Part shown: piece by piece, positions 49,047 through 58,656 of the stretch
Numbering within the stretch: position 1 is the first letter of the stretch
Layout: each line of letters starts with the position of its first letter
Assembly (NCBI GenBank): GCA_963713045.1
Contig: CAVQKE010000004.1
Coordinates: 1,088,001 to 1,152,000, forward strand
DNA from: an uncultured delta proteobacterium
Lineage (GTDB): Bacteria > Myxococcota > Myxococcia > Myxococcales > Myxococcaceae
Reading direction: 5' to 3'
Length of the DNA stretch: 64,000 nt
Translations under genes and position numbers: made by a program
The notes under the pieces: model-generated
Database searches by the model: none
The model's input: the letters and a program-made list of their open reading frames with translations, nothing else
Told to the model about the DNA's origin: nothing

Positions 49047-52028
49047 CTAGCCGCCCGTCACTTGAACCACCGCCTCGCCGTAGACCCCCGGGTACTGAAC
49101 GCTCGTGGCGCGGATGTGGTACGTCCCGAGCGTCGGCGGAGAGGTGTATAGCCCCGTGCTGTCGATGCTGCCGCCGGCCGCGCCCTCGTCGACGCTCCAC
49201 GTTACCCCTCCTGTGGCCGGCGGCTCCGTCGTTGCCGTGAACTGCGTCTTCGTGTTGGTCGGAAAGTTGTTGATGGTGGCCGGATTCACCGTGATGCTGT
49301 TGGCCACCACTTGGATCGTGAAGAGCGTCGTGTTGGTGAGCCCTCCGTCTGGCGATGTGGCGGTGACAATCACGTTGACGGGCGCAGCCGGCACCGCCTC
49401 GACGTTTGCGGATGCGTTGAGATACGTCGGCATATATTCCACCCCCTGGGTGAGGTACACCAACCCCGGGGGGTTGGGGCTGAGGGTGACTAGGCTTGGA
49501 CCGACCAGCGTCCCGCCAGGGCCGGTGCCGGCGAGTGTCACATTGCCAGTGAGCGTGGCAGGTCCTCCGACAGAAATGGTGAACGAGGTACCGTACCCCG
49601 GCACGACCTGCACTGATGACGGGCTCACCGTCACGCAGAGTCCGGTGCAGGGTCCGGCGTCCGCCGCCGCCGCATTCACGGTGATGGTTATGGTGGCGCT
49701 AGCGCTCCCGGCCGAGTTCGTTCCGGTTACAGTGAATACGGCCACCGCTGTCACCGTCGTCGGCGTTCCGGAAATGATGCCGGTTGTGGAATCGAGCTGC
49801 AGACCCGCCGGAAGGGGTGGTGACACCACGTAGCTGGTGGGCGTTCCGCCGCTGAAGGTTGGTAGGTTCGGCGTAATCTGCGTTCCTTCCACGTATACAG
49901 CCGGCGTCATGTAGGCAAGGTTGAACGGGGCTGCTACCGTGGCACCGGCATCCCTCGGTTCGACCCGCAGCGAAGCGGCGCGGTTGTTGAACTCGTCTAC
50001 CAAATAGACGTCTCCGACGGTGGGCGCGGAGACGAGGCGCGCAGAAGCGGTGCTTGTGACACGCGGGTACAAGTAGAGCCACAACGGCTGAAGGCCCGGT
50101 CCAAACGCCATCACGCCGACGCCGAGCGGTGCACCCGAGAGCAAGATGGCAAAGCTTCCGTCGGCACCGGCGTAGACGCTGCGGGCGACCACCGACAGCT
50201 CCGTCGCGTCTGCTGAGTCGTAGAGACCGGCAACCGGCGCGATGACGTCAGGCACGTCCGTTGCGGTTGGGTTCATCGACCACAGCTCGAAGTCGGTGTA
50301 GGGCGGGTTGTTGCTCAGCGTGACGATTCGGCCGTCCGCCAGGACGCCCACCACCTCAAGCTGCACCGTCCTGGGCGTCCCCAGTGGCGCGGTGTACGCC
50401 CCGAGAATCGCGCTCGCTCCATTGGCAGGCCCGGGTCCGACGCGAAGAATGGGGTACTCCGGCGGCAAAGCCGCAGTCACTCCGCAACTCGACTGGAGCT
50501 GGACGACAAACGTCCCGTCCCCGACGGCCAGAAGACGGATAATGCTCTGAATAAAACAGCCCCTCGCCGTTCCATTGGGGTCCTGGTAGGGACCAAAACT
50601 GAAGGTTCCGTCGGTGAGGTTTGCGAAATTCCAACTGCTAATGCTCGAGTCGCAGGAGTTGACGCCGACGTTCGGGGACAGGTAGCCGCCACCGGCTCCT
50701 GCGACGACGCCCGCATCCGGCGGCCCACTTCCGTTCGGAGTCGTTCCTGACGCGGTGACTACCATCAGTTGCGGGGTGAGGCAGGTGAGAGAGTCAGTCC
50801 CGGGGAAAGAACAGGCGGCCACCGTGTCCTGCAAGCACAGGAGGTCCGGGCCACCGTCCGCTGCGGTCACGGCCGTTAGTGGCGGGCCTACCAGAGGACC
50901 GGTCAACGTCCCAGTGACAACGGGTCCGGTGGCGGGTGGCGGAGGGGCAAGCAACAGGCTCGAGCCATTCCCGGTGAAGTCAAAAAACAGGGTTTGGCCC
51001 TCTGCATTGAGGCCTCGCGCTACGTACCCGCCGTCCAGGCCTCCCGGCAGAGTCACCACCACATCAAAGCCATAGAAGGTGCCGTCGGCGAAGGCTAGGA
51101 CTCCGGGAATCCAGTTTGCGCCAGCTCCTCCGGCCGAGGTGATAGCGAGCGGTAACACCAACCCGCCGCTGAAAGCGACGGGCTCCGCTGCCCAGGTCAC
51201 TGGGCCGCTCGAGGCGGGTTGCCCGGGAATGTAACGGTCCCACACCAGGCGCGAGAGGTCCACGCTGACGTCGACAACGGTTGTGTTTCCGTCGAGCCCG
51301 GTGGCGTCGACCGTCAGGCGCACCACTTCGTCGGTATCCGTGAGCACCTCAATGGGGATAGGTGTGCCCCCGTCGTAGTTGTCTATTCCCAGGCCCGCGG
51401 TACTGCGGAAAAAGGCGATGTACGTTCCGCCGTCTGCGTTCGGGACCGAGACGACGCTGTCAGCCGCCGCGCCGGCCAACGAAACCACCGGAAGGGAACC
51501 TAGCGGCTCATTGGAATTGACGACCACCGTGAAGGGAGACTTCGGTTGAGCGCTCGGCGGGTACGTGACCGCAATGACAGGACCCGTGGCATCGAGCCAG
51601 ACCTGAAAGTCGTCCTCACTGCCGGCGTCCGCGCTGCTCACCGCGATAATGCTGAGTTGAAGCAGTGAAACGGGGCCACCGTCGGGATTGGGCGTCGTCA
51701 AGCCCTCGCAGATAGAGAGGTCCACCAAAGCGACATAGGGCGCAGACGGCCACACGTACACGGGCCGTGCTCCCCCGTCGAGTGGCCCGCACAGCAGGGA
51801 GACGCTGTTCACGCCATCCACCGAATCCGCCTGCACCGCTACTTCGGCGGTGAGGGTGACCGTGTCCCCCTGCTTCGGTGCAAGCACGTTGAGCGCTGGA
51901 GGCGGGGGGTTGGGTGGAACGGTGGGGATGCTCAAATCGAAACACCCCACCCCGCCCAGAAACGACAGCAGCCCCAACAGTATGTTGAGGCGCCAGGCCC
52001 CCCCCTTCGGTCGACTGCACACCGGCAT
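49047..52028 (-). CDS. Large surface lipoprotein with Ig-like (putative Ig/Big) domains
   Basis: GVGC lipobox; LPAGLQLDSTTGIISGTPT putative Ig motif; C-terminal VTWSV..GGSIDSTGLYTSP; start estimated. Confidence 0.8.
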   Translation of the reverse strand: MPVCSRPKGGAWRLNILLGLLSFLGGVGCFDLSIPTVPPNPPPPALNVLAPKQGDTVTLTAEVAVQADSVDGVNSVSLLCGPLDGGARPVYVWPSAPYVALVDLSICEGLTTPNPDGGPVSLLQLSIIAVSSADAGSEDDFQVWLDATGPVIAVTYPPSAQPKSPFTVVVNSNEPLGSLPVVSLAGAAADSVVSVPNADGGTYIAFFRSTAGLGIDNYDGGTPIPIEVLTDTDEVVRLTVDATGLDGNTTVVDVSVDLSRLVWDRYIPGQPASSGPVTWAAEPVAFSGGLVLPLAITSAGGAGANWIPGVLAFADGTFYGFDVVVTLPGGLDGGYVARGLNAEGQTLFFDFTGNGSSLLLAPPPPATGPVVTGTLTGPLVGPPLTAVTAADGGPDLLCLQDTVAACSFPGTDSLTCLTPQLMVVTASGTTPNGSGPPDAGVVAGAGGGYLSPNVGVNSCDSSISSWNFANLTDGTFSFGPYQDPNGTARGCFIQSIIRLLAVGDGTFVVQLQSSCGVTAALPPEYPILRVGPGPANGASAILGAYTAPLGTPRTVQLEVVGVLADGRIVTLSNNPPYTDFELWSMNPTATDVPDVIAPVAGLYDSADATELSVVARSVYAGADGSFAILLSGAPLGVGVMAFGPGLQPLWLYLYPRVTSTASARLVSAPTVGDVYLVDEFNNRAASLRVEPRDAGATVAAPFNLAYMTPAVYVEGTQITPNLPTFSGGTPTSYVVSPPLPAGLQLDSTTGIISGTPTTVTAVAVFTVTGTNSAGSASATITITVNAAAADAGPCTGLCVTVSPSSVQVVPGYGTSFTISVGGPATLTGNVTLAGTGPGGTLVGPSLVTLSPNPPGLVYLTQGVEYMPTYLNASANVEAVPAAPVNVIVTATSPDGGLTNTTLFTIQVVANSITVNPATINNFPTNTKTQFTATTEPPATGGVTWSVDEGAAGGSIDSTGLYTSPPTLGTYHIRATSVQYPGVYGEAVVQVTGG

Positions 52029-52311
52029 GCCCGCCCCCTCCCGACGCGTGGGGAGGCTACCTCCAAAGTCGGCGCGAGGTCCCGAGAAAGCCTGCCTCGC
52101 TGGCCGGCCCGGGTGGGTGGCCGCGGACACGGACCCGCGGTGGCAACCTGGAACGGCCGTCCTCGGTCCGAGTCAGCCGGTTGGAAGCCGCGTTGGCGAC
52201 GTGGCTGCAGCGTCGAGCGGCGATTACAGTGCAAGCCGGCGAAGACGCCTCGTCATCCTCTGCAGCGTGGCCACCAACAAGCCACCTGCGCGCAGCGGGC
52301 TTGGAACCCTC

Positions 52312-53271
52312 ATGGACGTCGCAATTCTCGGAGCGGGAGGGGTTGGGTCCTATTACGGCGGCATGCTGGCCAAAGCCGGCCATTCGGTACGTTTCTGGGC
52401 CCGAGGGACGAATCTCGACGCGCTGCGCCGCAGAGGCCTGGACGTCAGGACACCGGAGGGAACCTTCACGGTTGCTGTCACGGCAACCGATGTGGCTGCA
52501 GACCTTGGCGCCGTGGAACTCGCCATCGTCGCGGTGAAAAGCTACTCCTTGCCGATGGTCGGTCCGGCGGCGCAGCTGGTCGCATCGCGCGGCGCGACCG
52601 TGCTTCCGTTGCTCAATGGTGTAGACGCAGCAGAACGCCTCATCTCGTTGGGTGTCCCTCGTCAAGCGCTTGTCGGCGGCTTGACGTTCATCAGCGCCGA
52701 ACGGCTCGCCCCCGGGGTTGTGGAGCGCAAGAGCTCCTTCCAAAGCATTGTCCTCGGCGAACTGGGCGGCGGGGTAAGCACCAGGACGTCGTCCATTGTG
52801 GCCGCGCTGCGCAGCGCCTCGGTGGACGCCAGCGATACGCCACAGGTGGACGTCGAGCTTTGGCAGAAATTCGTCTTCATCGCGTCCCTCGCAACTTTAT
52901 GCGGGCTCGCGCGGACACCCATCGGACCGGTCCGCTCGGCACCCCAAGGTGGCAACTTCATCGCGGCTGCGGTCAGCGAAGCCGTTGCGGTGGGACGAGC
53001 ATGCGGCGTTCCGCTCCCAGCGGACCAGTCAACTCGGACCGTCGCGATGATTCAGGCGCTTCCTCCGCAAATGCGACCGAGCTTTCTCGCGGACCTCGAG
53101 CACGGTGGCCCGACTGAGTTGGAGGCGCTGATGGGGGCGGTGGCCCGCATGGGCCAAGAGGCGGGCGTTCCAACGCCCGTCCACTCGGCCGCCACCGCAG
53201 CCCTTTCGGCGACGCTCGCCGGCAGTCCCCACGCCACAGAGCCGGGGAATACGGGACGCGGACAACTCTAG
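52312..53271 (+). CDS. panE: 2-dehydropantoate 2-reductase
   Basis: GAGGVG, VKSY, LLNG, WQKF, SFLADL..G.PTE. Confidence 0.9.
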   Translation: MDVAILGAGGVGSYYGGMLAKAGHSVRFWARGTNLDALRRRGLDVRTPEGTFTVAVTATDVAADLGAVELAIVAVKSYSLPMVGPAAQLVASRGATVLPLLNGVDAAERLISLGVPRQALVGGLTFISAERLAPGVVERKSSFQSIVLGELGGGVSTRTSSIVAALRSASVDASDTPQVDVELWQKFVFIASLATLCGLARTPIGPVRSAPQGGNFIAAAVSEAVAVGRACGVPLPADQSTRTVAMIQALPPQMRPSFLADLEHGGPTELEALMGAVARMGQEAGVPTPVHSAATAALSATLAGSPHATEPGNTGRGQL

Positions 53272-53406
53272 CAGCCTTGGTCAGCCCCGCCTGTGGCCGA
53301 GGGTGTCTCGCTATGCCAAGACGCGGGAAGCACAGTGACTATGGATGGGACTGCAACGTTCTTTCGGACGTGTGTCCGTCAATAGAGAAAGTGAGGCCTC
53401 CCCCCA

Positions 53407-53802
53407 GTGTCTCCCGACCGCCCCCTTCCGCTTGTAGGCGCGCTGGCCGTCGCAGCGCTTCTTTGCAATTGCGGGTCCTCCTCGCCCGCGGCCAACGCCA
53501 ACACCATCACCATCGCCAACTACCTCTACAGTCCGAGCAACCTCTCGGTAAAAGCCGGCGCTACGGTCACCGTGGTCAATGACGACGGGACGCAGCATTC
53601 AGTCACCAGCCAGACCGCCTTTGGGGACTTCGTTCTGGGAGCGGTCAGCGGCGTTCAGTTCGACACGACGCCCTTCACCAATACAACGACTTTCAGCATC
53701 TCTGCCTCAGCCCCGGCCGGAACCGTCGTCCCCTATTTTTGCACCGTGCACAAAGGGACGATGGGAATGGGGCAAGGTCAAATCACCATCGCTGCGCCCT
53801 GA
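53407..53802 (+). CDS. Plastocyanin/azurin-like cupredoxin lipoprotein
   Basis: Lipobox-like LCNC; type-1 Cu ligands H(SV)...YFCTVHKGTM. Confidence 0.82.
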   Translation: MSPDRPLPLVGALAVAALLCNCGSSSPAANANTITIANYLYSPSNLSVKAGATVTVVNDDGTQHSVTSQTAFGDFVLGAVSGVQFDTTPFTNTTTFSISASAPAGTVVPYFCTVHKGTMGMGQGQITIAAP

Positions 53803-54063
53803 CCGAAGCGAGAGTCCTGTCGCGGTGATTGTCGCAGTCGCTGCCAGTGTTGCTGTCGCGGAAGAAGGTGTGCAGACCTTTCCGAAACGAGACCAACCGC
53901 TGGGTAGGCCCCATCCGCTAAAGGCTCACCGTCCCTTTTCTCCGATGCAGCCTTGGCGCCTAGCTCGGACTAACTTTTTTGCTCAAGTCTCGGCCTCCCA
54001 CTGGGCCTTGACTCCATCATCTATTTGAGACCAGTATAGGACTCAGTCGAGGGGGAACCATTG

Positions 54064-56830
54064 ATGCCAGAGGGGCCGTCCAAGAAGCTCCTCCGAACCG
54101 CCGCTGTCGTCGTCGCGGGGGTACTGGCGGCGCACTGCGGCGGTGGCGAGCCGCCGCTGCATGTCATTCCGAACAACTCCGACGCCGGTTTCGGCATTTC
54201 GGGCTACGCGGTCAAGGGTCCCATCTCCGGCGGCACCGTCACCGCCTATCAGCTGCTGCCGGACATGACGCGAGGCGAGCAACTCGCGACGACAACCACG
54301 GACGACAGCGGCTTCTTCGGCTTGTCGCTGCCTGCCTTCAGCGGCGACGTGCTCCTGGTCGTGAACGGCGGAAGTTATGTGGAAGAGGCGCTCAACGACG
54401 TTGGCGACGGCGGCCCAAGCCCGTTCGTCACCGTCAACGTCGACTACGTCGGCCTCGTCATCGGCTACCAAGCCGGCCAGCCCGCGACAGCCAACGTCAC
54501 GCCCATCTCCCACTTGGCGTACGCGCTGGCGACGTACCACGTCCAAAGCCTGGGCGAGCCCGTCGACAAGGCCGTCGCCGCAGCATTCATCCATCTTGGC
54601 GCGCACTTCGGCAACATTCCTGGCGTTTCGACGGACCTCGACTGGCTCACGGTTGTCCCGAGCGGCCTCGGCGTCGGAGACGGAGCGCAATTGACCGCCC
54701 CACAGCGAGCCGGGCTGGTGCTAGCCGGGCTTTCGCAGCTCGCCGCCAGCATCTCAAGCCGCGCCGGAATCTCTCCTGGAGGAGAAGCCAACGCGCTCTC
54801 GCTCCTTACGACTCTCTCAGAGGATGTCGGGGCCGACGGCTTTTTCGACGGTTTGGGGACGGGAGGCCGTCAACTGGTGCTGCCCGCCGCTGACGCTTTG
54901 AGCGTTAGCGGACCCACGGCGACTGCCCTCGACGGTTCGACCGTCCGAAGCGCGCTCGCCTCGGGCATCGCCAACTTTGTCGCCTCCAGCAGCAACGTGA
55001 GCACCATCACCATCCCCGACACTACGGGCATCACCGGCGCCTTGAGCGCGGATTCGGACCCGTACCTCTTTAAAACGCCTGGGACTCCCTTCGACGTGAC
55101 GCCGCCCCTGCTGACGGTTGTCTCAGCACCGCCCCCCTATACCAACCAAGTCAGCGTGAGCTTCACTGTCCAGGCGGATGTCGGCGCGAACGCGGCTGGG
55201 GTCAAAGTCGTGGTGGTGAGGACTGGCGACGGCACACTGCTCAATGGAGTCAACACGAGCGGCAATCTCTGGACCTTCTCTGACGTTTTGACGGGCGGCG
55301 CCAACCCATACTTCGACGTTTGGGGCGTCGACAACGCGAACAACTCAGGCGAGGAGTTTCCAGTAGGCCCCTACCACCTTCGTTTGCCGTGCCTCCAGGA
55401 CGTCGGCGCCACCCGCCATCGTTCAAGATTTCAGCGTCCCCAGTTACCTCGACGAACGCGCCATGCAACTGGTGAGCAGTGCCACTCCACCGCAATTCAC
55501 CTGGCCTGCGAGTCTACCGGTTGCTGTTGGACCAGGACCCGAGGCGGCCATCTGGAAGTCGTCCCGGACTCTTTCCTGGGGCACAGCCCAGCCAACGGGC
55601 GCCAGTCTCGAGAGTTCCAATTCCACCAATGTGCCTTATATCCAGGTGGGCATCCCATACGACGCGAGTACCGACGCACCCATCGCCTCGGTCACCTTCG
55701 CCATCGTTGTGCAGGGCGGGACGACGTCGACAGGTCCTCTCATTCCGGCCCAAAAGATGCCTCCAGGGACAGCTTATTACGACCTACCCTTCGCGGTGGA
55801 GACAATCCCCGGGCTCGCTTACGCCTCCATGAGTCCTGTGGGGTTCCAAGTCTCGGTCACCGCAACGGACGCCGCTGGCAATTCCACGACCAACCAACTC
55901 GAAACTTCGACGTCCAACTCGTTCCTCTTTCACATCATTGGTCCTCCCCTCTATGTGGAGCAGGACGTCAGCTACCCAAACGAAGGTGACGTGAAGTCCA
56001 TCTATCCCTTCGCGCTGGCCAACGGCACTTATCCGAACAAATTCATCGGTGACAATGGCGGTGAAATCGCACGGCAGGCGCGACTCGTCGTCTACAACCC
56101 TTACAGCGTCGACGTCCCGTTTACTTCGGCCGTGCCGACTTATGCCGCGACCGGAGCAGAAGAATGGGACGACTCCGCCTGGTCGCTCGGAAGCGTCGTC
56201 TGGGACGTGACGTCCCTGTGTGGCCCAGGGCCGCCCTGCCCGTACAACGGGCCTCAGCCTCAGCCATTTGTGACCAGCCCTGGCAGCCTCAACTACGCCT
56301 GCGAGGCCGCGAATAATCCCCACAGTCACAGCAACCCCTCCAGCACCGTCTTCACCAGCGCCATGGGAGAGACATCCGCATGGCAGTTTGGCGCAGAGAG
56401 CGACCCGGCAGCGGGCTATGGCGACCGCATCCTCGTACCAGCCGCGCAGGCCGGAGCAGCAGGCGCTGTCGTCGTCTTCGTCGGCCGGCCTTGGAGTTCC
56501 TTCGGCCTCCCTCCATACACTTTCAGCACCTGTTCGAACCCGGATGGCGTGTCTCGCTTCTACCGGTACCTACAAGACGTCTGGGAGCTCGGCGCGAGTC
56601 AGGGGATCACCACGTGCAACTGCATCCTACGACCTCCCGCTCCCCCCCTCTGTGAGCACGGAATGCCGTACGACTACCCAGAGGTTCGGTGGACCAACGT
56701 CCTGAGCGCCGCAAGCGAGTCGTTTTCGGGCAGCTGGGCCTACGAGAGTTATGCCGGCCTGACGCCTACTTCGGACCTCGGTGACGGGGCCTTCCGGTCC
56801 ACCGCTGTCACCGGAATTGCGACCTATTGA
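54064..56830 (+). CDS. Large secreted lipoprotein, frameshifted at about 55405
   Basis: LAAHC lipobox, ISGYAVKGPISGGTV, ANVTPISH, Ig-like ATDAAGN; removing one G joins ORFs 54061 and 55463. Confidence 0.75.
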
Positions 56831-56836
56831 GTAGAC

Positions 56837-57535
56837 GTGCGCCCTTCCCTGCCTCTTCTGGTCGGCTGCAAGCGCACCTCCGTCAAGCCGAGCGCGCTGC
56901 ATCTTTTCTGTAGACGCGGCGGAAGCCTCCTGACTTTTTCGGTGCTCTTGGCCGCGGCGCCGGCGCCTGCAGAACGAGGGGCACTGAGTCTTGACCTCGG
57001 GGCTGGCATCGCCGGGCTCAACCTCGCGGCTCCCTACACCAACGGCGCGGCCAGCGCGGTGGGAGTCGGCTTCGAAGCCATGCTCGGCTTGCGCTATGCC
57101 CTCCTCAACGAGCTTGAGTTCACCGTCGCAGCCTACTTCGAACCGAATGTCGGCTACGTCTATGACGGCGTCAGCGTCACACCACCCCCGAGCCCCAATT
57201 CGCTCCAAGGAACGCTGACCACGACGGTCCACCTTTTTGGCGCGGTCGGCGGCATTCGATATGTGAATGGCCTGGTGTGGAAACTGGTGGCCGGGCTCGA
57301 AGTCGGCTGGTGCCATCGGGCTTACTCGGGACTTCAATTCACCGGGCAGAGCAACTTCGCCATTCCAGGGTTTGGAACGGACAATCTGGTCCTTCAGCCG
57401 CTCCTCGGCGTGGAGTGGGCCTTTGCCGACCATTGGAGCGCTTCCTTGCTCCCGCGCTTCACGTTGCTCATCGGCCCCGACTCGACCGTCGCGGCGTCGG
57501 TTCTGCTGACTCTTTCCTATTCTTGGTTTCTCTAG
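56837..57535 (+). CDS. Small outer-membrane beta-barrel protein
   Basis: Signal-like segment, alternating beta strands, C-terminal LSYSWFL; start uncertain. Confidence 0.72.
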   Translation: MRPSLPLLVGCKRTSVKPSALHLFCRRGGSLLTFSVLLAAAPAPAERGALSLDLGAGIAGLNLAAPYTNGAASAVGVGFEAMLGLRYALLNELEFTVAAYFEPNVGYVYDGVSVTPPPSPNSLQGTLTTTVHLFGAVGGIRYVNGLVWKLVAGLEVGWCHRAYSGLQFTGQSNFAIPGFGTDNLVLQPLLGVEWAFADHWSASLLPRFTLLIGPDSTVAASVLLTLSYSWFL

Positions 57536-57536
57536 T

Positions 57537-58070
57537 TTGACACTTCAGCCGCAACCCAAACGCCTCAACCAGACCATTCTCGCGCTGGCCCTGGTGGCGG
57601 CTGCTCCGGCCACAAGCGCGGAGCGCCGAGTTGACCTGAAGCTGCCGAAAGACTGTCCATCCCACCCGTACGACGGCGAGATTCGAGCCGCGGCTCGTGC
57701 GGTTGCGCCTGTTTGGCCGCTCCCCGTCTCCTTAATTAGGGCCGTGATTCGGCGGGAGAGCGACTTCAAACCGTTGGCCCTCTCACCGGCCGGCGCTGTC
57801 GGTCTGATGCAAGTGATGCCATACAACGCCCGACCTCTCGGGCTCCCGCCGAGCGCTCTCTGGAATCCTGCGGCTAACATCTTGGCAGGAAGCCGGCTTC
57901 TCGCCGTGTTGCTTCGGCACTACCGCGGTGACGTCATCTCAGCCTTGGTCGCCTACAATGCACGTCCGCGGCGGCGCTTGGCTCCGCTCCCCAACAACGG
58001 CGAAACGCCTTCGTATGTGCGCGCCGTCTTGCTCTCGTGGGCGGCATTTGCCCGGTGCGACGACACCTAG
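57537..58070 (+). CDS. Lytic transglycosylase (SLT; VirB1-like)
   Basis: VIRRESDF, GAVGLMQVMP, NILAG, AYN, ETPSYV. Confidence 0.92.
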   Translation: MTLQPQPKRLNQTILALALVAAAPATSAERRVDLKLPKDCPSHPYDGEIRAAARAVAPVWPLPVSLIRAVIRRESDFKPLALSPAGAVGLMQVMPYNARPLGLPPSALWNPAANILAGSRLLAVLLRHYRGDVISALVAYNARPRRRLAPLPNNGETPSYVRAVLLSWAAFARCDDT

Positions 58071-58114
58071 CGCGACGTCGAGGAGGCGAACGCCGTCGGG
58101 TCCAGCCGGCCCAG

Positions 58115-58624
58115 TCAACTACCGGCCGACCTTCGACTGGGCACCACTGGACCCCAGCGCGGCCTCAGGGGCGAGCTAGCAGGCCACGCTGCAAACCGCG
58201 CCCCGCACGGCGTTTGCTGGCACGAGTTTCCCTGGTGCGCCTCGATGAAGGCTGCCTGGTCGGCCGTTGGTGGGAGCAGGTACAGCGGCGCTCCAACCGA
58301 ATCCGTCGGGTTGGTCAGCGTCACGCCGGCTGCTGCCGAGAGGTTGGCGGTGTACGCAAACGAATTGTTGTGCCAGGTCGCACCGGTTGCGTCGGGAACG
58401 CCGCTCACTGTGTCGCCAAAAGTCCACACTGAGCGACCCCACAGAAGGCCGCTTCCAGCCCCGTCTCGCCCGATGATGAGCGTCGGCTGCGAAATGGTTC
58501 CGGTCTCTCGTGCCTCCAGGACAACCAGGGCGGGGGGGTTGCCGCAGGCCAGAAAGCAGAGGAAAGCGGCGAAGAGGTACGGGGAGCGTTCGGTCAAACC
58601 GCCGAGTGTTGAAATTCTTTTCAA
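58115..58624 (-). pseudogene. Probably truncated DUF4185-like lipoprotein
   Basis: FLAC lipobox, GRDG..S....WTFGDT, AAWP, then the sequence loses protein-like character. Confidence 0.5.
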
Positions 58625-58656
58625 TCGGATGAGCCCCGTATTCGGTTGAGGGCTCC

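Larger units (their letters stand above)
20799..58070. mobile_element. Dispersed conjugative system (ICE-like or domesticated); boundaries undefined
   Basis: Relaxase+T4CP, VirB2-B10 operon and SLT present; no integrase or att site seen. Confidence 0.5.
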
